This document shows positions 54,501-64,000 of a stretch of DNA of 64,000 nt, one piece after another. The DNA is taken from positions 2,150,269 through 2,214,268 of the forward strand of contig OZ252286.1 of assembly GCA_965250045.1 (NCBI GenBank). Reading direction: 5' to 3'. The stretch's first letter is position 1, and every line of letters starts with the position of its first letter. Below the pieces are notes generated by a model, which did no database searches, had not been told where the DNA came from, and was given only the letters and a program-made list of their open reading frames with translations. The translations under genes were made by a program, and so were the position numbers. Origin of the DNA: Candidatus Marinacidobacterium sp. GTDB taxonomy: Bacteria; Acidobacteriota; Vicinamibacteria; Marinacidobacterales; Marinacidobacteraceae.

Positions 54501-55493
54501 AACCCAGGAAACCCAAGGCCTCCTGAGGGAATTGGAGAACGAGTTCCGACGGCGCATGGACGTGAACTCGCTGAGGAAGCCGCGTCGCTCCCGGCTGCGC
54601 TCCGCGGCCGGTCTCGCGAAGCGATCGCCGAAGAAATGCGGCAGGTGCAGGAGCGGATCGAAAAACTGGGCCCGGTGAACGAAATCGCCGAAGCACGACT
54701 CCGCGAGTTGGAGGCGGAACGAAGCGAGCCCGAATCACACCTCCGGGACGTGGAACAGGGAATTGCCGACGGACTCAGCGCGATCCGGCGCCAGGACGGC
54801 GAGGCGCGTCGAATCTTTCGCGAGGGCCTTGAAGCCGTGAGTTCCGGGTTTGATGCGGCCTTTCGGCAGCTCTTCGGTGGTGGTCGCGCCGAACTGCGGT
54901 TGGTCGAGATGAAGGATTCGGCGAAGGAGGAGAACCTGGGAGACGATTCCTTGAAGGAAGCGGTGTCGGCGGTGTCCGGTGATTCTCGGGATCCGATGGA
55001 CGTGGCGGGGGCCGGCGAGATGGCGGCAGGGGTCGACACCCGGAACGGCAACGGAGCCTTCCTCGCGCCGGAAATGCCGGTCGACGCCCATTTCGGAATC
55101 GAGATTGCGGCGCAGCCGCCGGGGAAGAAGCTGCGGAGCGTCCGCCTCCTCTCCGGTGGAGAGAAGGCCATGACCGCCATCGCTTTCCTGATCGCCCTCT
55201 TCCGCTACCGCCCGGCGCCCTTCTGCCTGCTCGACGAGGTGGACGCTCCCCTGGACGACGCGAACGTGCAGCGGTTCGCGTCCATGTTGGGTGAACTCAA
55301 GCGGGATACGCAGCTTGTGGTCATTACCCACAACCGGTTGACCATCGAGGCCTGCGAGCATCTCTATGGAGTCACGATGGAGGAGCCAGGCGTTTCCAGA
55401 CTGATCTCGGTTCAGATCGGCGACGTGGACAGTTGGATCGCCGGCGCCGCCGATGCGGACGCCGCCGGTGACGGCGCCACGATGCACATCTGA
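51598..55493 (+). CDS. smc: Chromosome segregation protein SMC, frameshifted near 54550-54560
   Basis: GFKSF, GPNGCGKSN, coiled coils and hinge in one frame; LGPVN, LLSGGEK, LDEVDAPLD, VITHN in another frame. Confidence 0.9.
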
Positions 55494-55621
55494 TCACTCG
55501 TGACTGGCGTGGGGCAAGGCGCCCGAGCGGCCACGTTCCGTCGCCGGGGGGGCCGGCCTGCCGCACGTCGTCTCCCCGCAGGAGCGAGGGGATTTTCTCG
55601 AGGTTTGCAGCGCGGGATTGG

Positions 55622-56680
55622 TTGGCCTCGGGCCCAACGCCGGACCGCTCCGCGTCCGGCCTGGCGGCGTTGATTGCTGCGCCGGCGCCAGGGCGCCCCC
55701 GTCGGGCCATGGTGTTTGCCGCCGGCCGGGGGGAGCGGATGGGGCCCCTCACTGCCCGCCGCGCCAAGCCGTCGCTGCCGCTCGGCGGAGTTCCGTTGTT
55801 GAGTCGACTCCTCCGGTGGCTTGCCGGCGCTGGGGTCGGGGAAGCGGTTGTCAATCTCCACCACCAGCCCGAAACCCTGGAGCCCATTCTGGAGGCCGCC
55901 GAGCGGACGTTGCCGGGCTTCCGGGTCGTCCGCTCGCCCGAACCGCAGTTGCTCGGCACTTCGGGTGGTCTGTCCTGTGCCGCGGCGCGCTTTGGACTGG
56001 GGCGGCCCGGTAGGGGACCGCTCCTGGTGATGAACGGCGACACGCTCCCAACCTTCGATCTCGAGGAGATGGTCGCCTTCCACGGCGCGCGGAGCGTCGA
56101 AGCCACATTGCTCTCCGATCCGGAACCCGGACCGGAATTCTCCGGGGAGCGCCGGCTGGAGACCGATGCGGCCGGAACGATTACGGGGCTCAGCGGGCCG
56201 GGGGGACCCGGTCTCGGCTTCGCCGGCGTCTGGCTGCTCGAGCCGGCGGCCTTCGGTTATTTGAGCGGGGGTCCGGGAGGGCTTTCGCAGGACCTCCTTC
56301 CCGGACTCATCGCGGCGGGTTCGGCCCGAGCCTTTCCGAGTTGTGCCCCCTGGTTTGAGATCGGGACTCCGCGCCGCTATCTGGAAGCGTCGCTGCGCGC
56401 CCTGGAACACGAAACGCTTCCCGAGGTCCCGGACCGGTCGGCGAGTCCCGGGAGAGTTCGCTTCGAAGCGGGAGCACACGGGAGGCCGGCCGAGCTGATC
56501 GGTGCCGGGAGCGTTCTTGAAGCGGGGGCGCGGGTGGAAGGGTCGGTGCTTCTCGAAGACGTGCGCGTCGGGGCGCGGGCCGTCGTTCGGGGCTCGGTCG
56601 TGGCTGCCGCGGAAAGGATCCCGCCGGGTGCGCGGATCGAAGATGCGCTGTTTGCGGGTGGTGTTGCGGTGCCCCTGTGA
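55622..56680 (+). CDS. NDP-sugar synthase / MurU-like nucleotidyltransferase
   Basis: AMVFAAGRGERMGPLT..KP, VVNLHH, LGTSGG, NGD; adjacent to an AmgK-like kinase. Confidence 0.82.
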   Translation: MASGPTPDRSASGLAALIAAPAPGRPRRAMVFAAGRGERMGPLTARRAKPSLPLGGVPLLSRLLRWLAGAGVGEAVVNLHHQPETLEPILEAAERTLPGFRVVRSPEPQLLGTSGGLSCAAARFGLGRPGRGPLLVMNGDTLPTFDLEEMVAFHGARSVEATLLSDPEPGPEFSGERRLETDAAGTITGLSGPGGPGLGFAGVWLLEPAAFGYLSGGPGGLSQDLLPGLIAAGSARAFPSCAPWFEIGTPRRYLEASLRALEHETLPEVPDRSASPGRVRFEAGAHGRPAELIGAGSVLEAGARVEGSVLLEDVRVGARAVVRGSVVAAAERIPPGARIEDALFAGGVAVPL

Positions 56681-56725
56681 CATGGTCCCGCCGTCCATGA
56701 GGAGTGCAGCGTCGCTCGGCGCGTT

Positions 56726-57841
56726 TTGACCCCGAAGGCTCCAACCTCGGACGCCAGGAGGCGCCTCGAGCGCTTTCTCCGGCGGTCGGACGGTCCGCTC
56801 GGGGGATCGCCCGAGCGGGCAAGCGTGGAGCCGCTGGTCAAGGAGGCGGGCGAACGGATCTATTTCCGGATTCGCCCTCGAAGTCCAGTTGAGCGGGAAG
56901 CCGGCACGGGAGGCCGGACCCTGGTCCTCTGCGTCATGGCCGAACCCTACGAGCCCGGGACTCTGCCGTTCGCCAATTCCACGCAGTTGTACCGCGAACT
57001 CGGCGTTCGGACGCCGCGGATTCTGGAAGAAGCCCCGGAACTCGGCGTGATTGCGCTCGAAGACCTCGGGGACGATCTCCTCCAGGTGGTTGCGGTCGAC
57101 GGTGCGGTTGAGGTTCCCGCTTTGTACGGCGAGGCAACGGACATCATCGCCCGGATTCAGCGCGAAGGCGCCCGTCTCGGCGAGACGTCGGGCGCGAGCC
57201 GCTTCCGGGCCTTTTCGGATCGGCTCGACAGCGCGCTCTTTCTCCGGGAACTGCTGTTTTTCTCTCAGCACTTCCTCGCGGACTACGCCGGGTTTCGGCT
57301 GGTCGGCTCGGCCGCCCAGGAACTGGAGTCACTGTTCAGAACGCTCGCGGAGGAGGCGGCCGGCGGTCCCTCGGCGCTCGCCCATCGGGATTTCCACTCG
57401 CGCAATCTGATGGCGGGTCGCGAATCCGCGGAGGACGCTGGCGCCCTCCCGCGGCGCCTGCGCGTGATCGACCACCAGGACTCTCGCATCGGTCCACGCG
57501 CCTACGACCTGATGTCGCTGGTCCGTGATCCGTACGTGGCCAGGGAAGGGGATTCGCGCCTGCCGTTTCGGGAACGGGACCTGGTCCTTCGGTTCCAGGA
57601 TGCCGCCGGGGTGCGCGGGAGCGCGGAAGAGTTGTTCTCCGAGTTCGACGCGGTAGCGCTCCAGCGCAACCTGAAGGCCCTCGGCACCTATGGATTCCAG
57701 GTTTCGCGGCGAGGCAATGATGTCTACCGCCGCTATATCGCTCCGACTCTGCACATGGTCAGGCAAAACCTGGAGCGCCATCACGATCGCGCCGATCGGC
57801 GACGTCTCCGGAGTCTCCTCGCGGACATCGCGGACCTCTGA
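56726..57841 (+). CDS. Aminoglycoside-phosphotransferase-fold kinase (AmgK-like)
   Basis: LEDLGD, HRDFHSRNLM, IDHQD, YDLMSL, LQRNLKALG. Confidence 0.85.
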   Translation: MTPKAPTSDARRRLERFLRRSDGPLGGSPERASVEPLVKEAGERIYFRIRPRSPVEREAGTGGRTLVLCVMAEPYEPGTLPFANSTQLYRELGVRTPRILEEAPELGVIALEDLGDDLLQVVAVDGAVEVPALYGEATDIIARIQREGARLGETSGASRFRAFSDRLDSALFLRELLFFSQHFLADYAGFRLVGSAAQELESLFRTLAEEAAGGPSALAHRDFHSRNLMAGRESAEDAGALPRRLRVIDHQDSRIGPRAYDLMSLVRDPYVAREGDSRLPFRERDLVLRFQDAAGVRGSAEELFSEFDAVALQRNLKALGTYGFQVSRRGNDVYRRYIAPTLHMVRQNLERHHDRADRRRLRSLLADIADL

Positions 57842-57869
57842 CACGTAAACTCCCGGGCCGGCGTATCCC

Positions 57870-59231
57870 ATGCCCGAACAGCCAAACGAACTTGCGTCCC
57901 CCGGATCCTGGAAGGATCGCCGCCTCCCGACGATCGCATCCCTGAGCCGGACTCTTCGGCAGGACGGCGCCCCGGAGGGAGTGCCGGCAACCATCCGCGG
58001 ATGGCTGGCCGGCCGGCGTTCGAGTGGCAAGCTGCTCTTTCTCAGCTTCAGGGATGGTTCCGGCTTTGTCCAGGTAGTGGTCGCGAAGACGGCGGTTCCG
58101 ACCGATGCCTTCGAAACGGCCCGGCACTGTCCTCTGGAGAGCGCGGTCGAGATCGTCGGGGCAGCGTTTCCCGAGCCTCGCGCACCCGGAGGAATGGAGG
58201 TCCGAGCCTCCGGTTTCGCCGTCCTGCACGCCGCCGATCCCTATCCCATCACTCCGAAGGAACACGGGGCTTCCTTCCTGCTCGATCACCGGCACCTGTG
58301 GCTAAGGTCCAGGAAACAGCACGCGCTGCTCCGGATTCGGGACGAGGTTCTTCACGCGTTCCGGGAATATCTGCGGGAACAGGATTTCGTGAACGCCGAC
58401 ACGCCGATCTTCACTCCGAACGCCTGCGAGGGGACAACCACCCTCTTCGAGACACGCTATTTCGATCGCCGGGCTTATTTGAGCCAGAGCGGCCAGCTCT
58501 ACAACGAGGCCGTCGCCATGTCAGTGGGACGGACGTACTGCCTCGGGCCCACTTTCCGGGCCGAAAAGTCGAAGACACGTCGCCATCTCATCGAGTTCTG
58601 GATGCTGGAGCCCGAGGTGGCCTTCGCGGAACTCGAGGACATCATCGACCTCGCGGAGGGCCTCATCTGCCATGCCGTTTCACGCGTTCTCGAAAACCGG
58701 GCGGCCGAACTCGAGATCATGGGACGGGACCCGGCTCCGCTTGCGCGAATCCGGGCGCCGTTCCCCCGCGTGACCTACGACGAGGCGGCCGAGATCCTGG
58801 CCCGCAAGGGAACCGGCTTCACCCCGGGGGACGACTTCGGGGCACAGGACGAGACGGCTCTCACCGAGGACCTGGACCGGCCGCTTTGCATCACGCACTT
58901 CCCGGCCGCCATCAAGGCCTTCTACATGGAACCCGATCCTCAGCGCCCGGATCGGGTCCTCTGCCTCGACATCATTGCTCCGGAGGGCTACGGCGAGGTC
59001 GTCGGCGGAGGACAGCGCATCCACGATTACGAATTGCTGCGCCAGCGCATCCGTGAACATGACCTGCCGGAAGATGCCTTCGAGTGGTATCTCGATCTCC
59101 GCCGGTACGGGACCACGCCCCACTCCGGTTTCGGGCTCGGAATCGAGCGCTTCGTCGCCTGGATGTCGGGACTCTCCCACCTCAGAGAGGCGATTCCCTT
59201 CCCTCGCACCCTGTACCGGCTGGCCCCGTGA
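57870..59231 (+). CDS. asnS: Asparagine--tRNA ligase
   Basis: YLSQSGQLY, FRAEKSKTRRHLIEFWMLE, WYLDLRRYG, PHSGFGLGIER. Confidence 0.96.
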   Translation: MPEQPNELASPGSWKDRRLPTIASLSRTLRQDGAPEGVPATIRGWLAGRRSSGKLLFLSFRDGSGFVQVVVAKTAVPTDAFETARHCPLESAVEIVGAAFPEPRAPGGMEVRASGFAVLHAADPYPITPKEHGASFLLDHRHLWLRSRKQHALLRIRDEVLHAFREYLREQDFVNADTPIFTPNACEGTTTLFETRYFDRRAYLSQSGQLYNEAVAMSVGRTYCLGPTFRAEKSKTRRHLIEFWMLEPEVAFAELEDIIDLAEGLICHAVSRVLENRAAELEIMGRDPAPLARIRAPFPRVTYDEAAEILARKGTGFTPGDDFGAQDETALTEDLDRPLCITHFPAAIKAFYMEPDPQRPDRVLCLDIIAPEGYGEVVGGGQRIHDYELLRQRIREHDLPEDAFEWYLDLRRYGTTPHSGFGLGIERFVAWMSGLSHLREAIPFPRTLYRLAP

Positions 59232-60616
59232 AGCCCACCAGGGTGGGGCTGGTGAGCCTCGGATGCGCCAAGAACCTGCTCGACAGCGAGGTCATGGCAG
59301 GCATCCTCACGAGCCGCGGATTCGAAATGACATCCGATCTGGCGGAAGCGGAGGCGCTGGTGGTGAACACCTGCGGGTTTATCGGTCCGGCGAAGGAGGA
59401 GGGGGTGAATGCCATCCTCGAGTTGGCGCAGTTCAAAAGCCGCGGCCGGTGCCGGCGATTGGTGGTGGCCGGGTGCCTGGCACAGCGGTATGCGAGCGAG
59501 CTCGCGCGCGAGATCCCCGAGATCGACGCGGTCATCGGGCTCGACGAGGTCGAATGCATTGCGGACGTCCTGATCGCTCCCGAGCGGCGGACCCCGCCGC
59601 TGCGCGCCGACCAATCGGTCACCTGGCTCTACGACCACACCACCCCCCGGATCCGTTCCACCCCGCCGCACATCGCCTACATCAAGGTGGCCGAGGGTTG
59701 CGACTATCCCTGCACGTTCTGTGTGATCCCGCAGATTCGCGGGCATTTCCGTAGCCGTGACCCGGATTCGGTGCTCGCCGAGGCGGAGTCGCTTGCCCGG
59801 ACGGGTACCCGGGAACTCATTCTGGTGGCGCAGGATACGACCGCCTACGGCAAGGATCTCGGCATCCGGCACGGGCTCGCGAAACTCCTGCGCCAGCTCG
59901 CCGAAGTGAGCGGCGTCGCCTGGGTGCGTTTCCTCTACGCCTATCCGACAACGCTCGATGACGAGGTACTCGCGGCGATGGCGGAGGTCCCGGAAGTCTG
60001 TCGTTACGTGGACATCCCGCTGCAGCACGCGAGCCGCCGGGTCCTGAGGGACATGCGTCGTCCCGGGAATCGGGACAGCAACGAGCGGCTCCTCGCGCGA
60101 ATCCGCGAAGCAGTGCCCGGGGTCGCCATCCGAAGCACCTTCATCGTCGGGTTTCCCGGGGAAACCGAAGACGAGTTCCGGGAGCTCCACGAATTCGTGG
60201 AAGGGGCCCGCTTCGACGCGATGGGAGCGTTCGTCTATTCGAACGAAGAGTCCGCGGCTTCGTTCGTGGAGCGCGAAGTGGTTTCGGAAGCCGAGAAAGA
60301 AGAACGCCGGGCCCGCCTTATGGAGCTGCAACGGGGCATCGCTCTCGGCCGACACCGCGAAATGGTCGGGGGCGTGGTGCCGGTGCTGGTGGACGGCAAT
60401 GCTGAAGAGAGTGAGCTGCTCACGGCCGGACGGACCGAACAACAGGCGCCGGACGTGGACGCCCGCGTCCTCATCGTGGATGGGGAAGCGCCGGTAGGCC
60501 GGTTTGTGGACGTGAAGATCACCGAGGCGCATCCGGAGGATCTGGTGGGCGAGGCTCTCGGACAGACCGGTGCCGGGAGCGCCGGCGGATCCTCGAGCCG
60601 GCCTCTGCCTCGATAG
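59228..60616 (+). CDS. rimO: Ribosomal protein S12 methylthiotransferase
   Basis: SLGCAKNLLDSE, NTCGFI, EGCDYPCTFCVIP, RFLYAYP, APDVD; GTG 59228. Confidence 0.95.
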   Translation: MKPTRVGLVSLGCAKNLLDSEVMAGILTSRGFEMTSDLAEAEALVVNTCGFIGPAKEEGVNAILELAQFKSRGRCRRLVVAGCLAQRYASELAREIPEIDAVIGLDEVECIADVLIAPERRTPPLRADQSVTWLYDHTTPRIRSTPPHIAYIKVAEGCDYPCTFCVIPQIRGHFRSRDPDSVLAEAESLARTGTRELILVAQDTTAYGKDLGIRHGLAKLLRQLAEVSGVAWVRFLYAYPTTLDDEVLAAMAEVPEVCRYVDIPLQHASRRVLRDMRRPGNRDSNERLLARIREAVPGVAIRSTFIVGFPGETEDEFRELHEFVEGARFDAMGAFVYSNEESAASFVEREVVSEAEKEERRARLMELQRGIALGRHREMVGGVVPVLVDGNAEESELLTAGRTEQQAPDVDARVLIVDGEAPVGRFVDVKITEAHPEDLVGEALGQTGAGSAGGSSSRPLPR

Positions 60617-60743
60617 AGACGCTCAGCCCACCCATCCCTCGAAGGGGGGCAGGACATCCGCGCAGCGGGGTTTCCCGACGGAAATTCGCGCCTTCTTCGG
60701 CGATCTCGCAGTGGGGTATACTTAGTCGTTCGGTGCGGCCCGG

Positions 60744-61379
60744 GTGGTGTCGCTCCCGTTTGTTCCTTGGCCCGTCGCGCTCCGGTGCGGCGGGTTTTCT
60801 CCGATCCCCCAATTTCGAGAGGCTGTACGCATTTCGCAAGAAGAACCGAACCCGCAGCGCCTTCACCAAGCGGGCGATGATCTCACCGCGCACATCGAGA
60901 GACTGGCGCGACGAGCGGCGGCAAGTGCTCAGGTTGAGTTGGCATGGATCGAGATCAAGGGACCGCGCAGCGGACGGCGGGTACGGGTTTTCATCGAGCA
61001 AACGGGCGATGCGGTAGGCCTGACCGACTGCGAACGGGTGAACGAGAAGCTGTCCGCACTCCTCGATCTCGAGGATCCGATTCCCGGGTCCTACACCCTC
61101 GAGGTGAGCACGCCGGGTCTCGATCGTCCGCTGCGTTCGGTCGAAGAGTGCCGGCGATTCCTCGGGCGGCGGGTTCGGGTACGCCACCGGATGGAGAACC
61201 GGCAGGAGACCGTGAGCGGAACGCTTCAGGCGGTGAAGGAGGACGGCGTCCTCTGCCTGAATGGGCCCGACGGAGGGCGGCAGATCGCTTGGAGCGCAGT
61301 TCTCGCCGCGCGTCTGGCTCCGGACTTCGAGGTCCTGCTCGGAAAGCGTCCCGGCGATCGGAGGCGCCTGTCGACCTGA
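60744..61379 (+). CDS. rimP: Ribosome maturation factor RimP
   Basis: DCERV..LLDLEDPIPGSYTLEVSTPGLDRPL; lies upstream of nusA; start uncertain. Confidence 0.92.
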   Translation: MVSLPFVPWPVALRCGGFSPIPQFREAVRISQEEPNPQRLHQAGDDLTAHIERLARRAAASAQVELAWIEIKGPRSGRRVRVFIEQTGDAVGLTDCERVNEKLSALLDLEDPIPGSYTLEVSTPGLDRPLRSVEECRRFLGRRVRVRHRMENRQETVSGTLQAVKEDGVLCLNGPDGGRQIAWSAVLAARLAPDFEVLLGKRPGDRRRLST

Positions 61380-63787
61380 TGGCTGCCATCGAGGAACTCT
61401 CCACGGAGGTGGATCGCGCGGAGATCATCGCGAGCGTGGAACAGGCGGCAGCAGTGGCCGCTTCACGCAATAGCGGCCATCCGTTGCGTGCCCGCCTCGA
61501 TGCCGAAAAAGGGCATCTCGTGTGCTACGTGGTGAAGCGCGTGGCCAAGGAGGTGCAGGATCCCGAAACTGAGGTCGGTGTGGAGGCAGCTCCCGATGGG
61601 TCTTGGCCGGGTGATCTGGTGGAGATGCCGGTTCCCTTCGGTACGGCGGCCCGCAGCGCGGCGCGGGCGGCCGGCGCGGTCCTCGAGGCACGCCTCAGAG
61701 CCGCGCGGATGCTCTCCCGCGGCGAACGGTACCGCGACCGTATCGGCAAACTGGAAACGGCGATCGTCGCCCGTCGCGATGGGCAGGACCTCATCGTCAA
61801 CCTCGGTCCGGTAGAGGGACGGCTGCCCGCGGAAGAACAGAGCCGACACGAGGTCTTCAATCCGGAGGACACCATCCGAGTGGCGGTGCACTCCATCGAG
61901 CCCGACGATCCTCCCGTCATCCTGTCCCGGATTGCCCCGGCAGTCCTCGCCGGCCTCATCGAACGCGAGACGCCGGAGGTTCGCCGCGGAGTGGTCCAGG
62001 TTCGAGCGGTGGCACGCCATCCCGGCCTCCGGGCCAAGGTGGCGGTATCGAGCGCCGTGCCCGGAGTGGATCCGGTAGCCGCCTGTCTCGGGCCCGGAGG
62101 CTCTCGCATACGTGCCGTGAGCCGCGAGCTCCGCGGTGAACGAGTGGATGTGGTTCTGTGGGACGAAAGGATGGAGAGGTTCGCGCGCAATGCGCTTCGC
62201 CCGGCGGAAGTGCTCGACATCCGTGCCGTGGACGAGGAATTTCAAGGCGGGGGGTCGCAGAGGCTCCGCGAGAAGGGCGGGCTGCTCGTGACCGTTGCCG
62301 AAACCGAGCTACCGCGGACGCTCGGCAAGCGGGGCCAGAACGTTCGCCTCGCGTCTCAACTCCTCGGAGTTGACATCGAAGTGGCGGCCGAAGGCGATTC
62401 GCTGGAAGCAGACGAACGGAGGGCTCGGCGGGACCCCCGCGATACGGAGTCGCCGCGGCGCGGTCCCCGCGATACGGGGTCTCCGCGGCGTGGTCCCCGC
62501 GATACGGAGTATCCGCGGCGCGGTCCCCGCGATGGGGAGTCCCCGCGGCGCGGTCCCCGCGATGGGGAGTCCCCGCGGCGCGGTCCCCGCGATACGGAGT
62601 ATCCGCGGCGCGGTCCCGGCGATGGGGAGTCCCCGCGGCGCGGTCCCCGCGATGCGGAGTATCCGCGGCGTGGTCCCCGCGATGCGGAGTATCCGCGGCG
62701 CGGTCCCGGCGATGGGGAGTCCCCGCGGCGCGGTCCCCGCGATACGGAGTATCCGCGGCGCGGTCCCCGCGATGGGGAGTATCCGCGGCGCGGTCCCCGC
62801 GATGGGGAGTCGCCGCGGCGCGGTCCCCGCGATGCGGAGTATCCGCGGCGCGGTCCCGGCGATGCGGAGTATCCGCGGCGTGGTCCCCGCGATGGGGAGT
62901 CCCCGCGGCGCGGTCCCCGCGATACGGAGTATCCGCGGCGTGGTCCCCGCGATACGGGGTATCCGCGGCGTGGTCCCCGCGATGGGGAGTCCCCGCGGCG
63001 CGGTCCCCGCGATACGGGGTCTCCGCGGCGCGGTCCCCGCGATACGGAGTATCCGCGGCGCGGTCCCCGCGATACGGGGTATCCGCGGCGTGGTCCCCGC
63101 GATGGGGAGTCCCCGCGGCGCGGTCCCCGCGATGGGGAGTCCCCGCGGCGCGGTCCCCGCGATACGGAATATCCGCGGCGTGGTCCCCGCGATACGGAAT
63201 ATCCGCGGCGTGGTCCCCGCGATACGGGGTATCCGCGGCGTGGTCCCCGCGATGGGGAGTCCCCGCGGCGCGGTCCCCGCGATGGGGAGTCCTCGCGGCG
63301 CGGTCCCCGCGATACGGAATATCCGCGGCGTGGTCCCCGCGATACGGGGTATCCGCGGCGTGGTCCCCGCGATGGGGAGTCCCCGCGGCGCGGTCCCCGC
63401 GATGGGGAGTCCTCGCGGCGCGGTCCCCGCGATACGGAATATCCGCGGCGTGGTCCCGACAAGCGGCGGGAAGGACCCGGCGGGCCCGCGCGGCACCACG
63501 GACCCCGGAATCACCAGCCACCTCCCCGGCGGCCCGATCGGGCCGATCGGCCCGATCGGCCCGATCAGGTGAAGGAATCCGCGCCGGAGTCGCGGGAGCC
63601 TGAACAGCCGGTGGTGAAACCCACGGGGCGTTCGGCCGGCGATCCATCCCGGCTGAACCGCGCCGCTTCGCGCCGCTCATCGTTGCGTTTCGGTCGAAAT
63701 ACACTGGGTATTCCTCTCTCACGCGCCTTGTCAGCCGGGCGCCTCACCGGCCTCGGCGCTCCCGTGGGTTCCACCACAGGCTGTTAG
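61379..63787 (+). CDS. nusA: Transcription termination factor NusA with long repetitive C-terminal extension
   Basis: S1 and KH motifs (ARHPGLRAKVAV, DPVAACLG, ELRGERVD, LGKRGQNVRLASQL); ATG overlaps the rimP stop. Confidence 0.92.
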   Translation: MAAIEELSTEVDRAEIIASVEQAAAVAASRNSGHPLRARLDAEKGHLVCYVVKRVAKEVQDPETEVGVEAAPDGSWPGDLVEMPVPFGTAARSAARAAGAVLEARLRAARMLSRGERYRDRIGKLETAIVARRDGQDLIVNLGPVEGRLPAEEQSRHEVFNPEDTIRVAVHSIEPDDPPVILSRIAPAVLAGLIERETPEVRRGVVQVRAVARHPGLRAKVAVSSAVPGVDPVAACLGPGGSRIRAVSRELRGERVDVVLWDERMERFARNALRPAEVLDIRAVDEEFQGGGSQRLREKGGLLVTVAETELPRTLGKRGQNVRLASQLLGVDIEVAAEGDSLEADERRARRDPRDTESPRRGPRDTGSPRRGPRDTEYPRRGPRDGESPRRGPRDGESPRRGPRDTEYPRRGPGDGESPRRGPRDAEYPRRGPRDAEYPRRGPGDGESPRRGPRDTEYPRRGPRDGEYPRRGPRDGESPRRGPRDAEYPRRGPGDAEYPRRGPRDGESPRRGPRDTEYPRRGPRDTGYPRRGPRDGESPRRGPRDTGSPRRGPRDTEYPRRGPRDTGYPRRGPRDGESPRRGPRDGESPRRGPRDTEYPRRGPRDTEYPRRGPRDTGYPRRGPRDGESPRRGPRDGESSRRGPRDTEYPRRGPRDTGYPRRGPRDGESPRRGPRDGESSRRGPRDTEYPRRGPDKRREGPGGPARHHGPRNHQPPPRRPDRADRPDRPDQVKESAPESREPEQPVVKPTGRSAGDPSRLNRAASRRSSLRFGRNTLGIPLSRALSAGRLTGLGAPVGSTTGC
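62431..63450 (+). repeat. 34 x 30-bp coding tandem repeat (RRGPRD[T/G/A][E/G][S/Y]P)
   Basis: Consensus YGGTCCCCGCGATNNGGRGTNNCCGCGGCG, contiguous with no spacers. Confidence 0.97.
63604..63784 (+). mobile_element. MITE copy, bare 181-bp core, translated in frame within nusA
   Basis: GA|ACAGCCGGTGG...CCACAGGCTGT|TAG; the TAG is the nusA stop. Confidence 0.87.
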
Positions 63788-63793
63788 CTGTTC

Positions 63794-64000
63794 ATGCCGT
63801 CCACTGTCAGGGTCAGCGACCTCGCCAAAGAGGTCGGGATGGAACCCGGAGAACTCCTCCGGGTTCTCCAAGCGGATTTCGGCTTGCGCGCCCGGACGGT
63901 TTCTTCGTCCATTCCGGACGGTGACGCGCGAAAGGTCAAGAGCCGGCTGCGATTGCAGCAACGGCGGGCTTCGCGTCCCGATCGCCGTCTGCAGGCCGAG
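63794..64000 (+). CDS. infB: Translation initiation factor IF-2, N-terminal part (partial)
   Basis: MPSTVRVSDLAKEVGMEPGELLRVLQ..TVSSSI resembles IF2-N; position after rimP-nusA. Confidence 0.85.
   Translation, partial: MPSTVRVSDLAKEVGMEPGELLRVLQADFGLRARTVSSSIPDGDARKVKSRLRLQQRRASRPDRRLQAE

Noticed and set aside
60817-60833. ATT start codon for rimP after GAGAGG
   Set aside because: Possible, but in-frame GTG codons at 60744 and 60747 give a conventional alternative; this cannot be resolved from sequence.
62431-63450. CRISPR array
   Set aside because: The 30-bp units are contiguous with no unique spacers, lie in frame in nusA, and no cas genes are present.

Overview
High-GC bacterial core-genome window. 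Gene content and order suggest Acidobacteriota, but that is inference (SpoIVB-S55 plus beta-propeller pair, fused LptF/LptG, DUF6600). It holds a split his operon, nrdJ with tandem NrdR boxes, glpX, valS, metK, a frameshifted smc, asnS, rimO, rimP-nusA-infB and one IS630 element. Unusual features: (1) a DCC/DUF393 thiol-disulfide oxidoreductase whose first catalytic Cys codon is an in-frame TGA followed by a SECIS-like hairpin (candidate selenoprotein, split by the ORF track); (2) an RNase III with two tandem RNase III domains, the second degenerate, plus two dsRBDs; (3) a NusA with a tail of 34 ten-residue repeats; (4) 14 loci of a 181-bp MITE that mostly sit on stop codons, nest into themselves, and carry about 25 copies of a ~22-nt module at several internal slots in both orientations; (5) a duplicated metallopeptidase/small exported protein cassette between hisZ and hisG. 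No tRNA, rRNA or CRISPR array was recognised. All product calls come from motif recognition by eye, not database searches.
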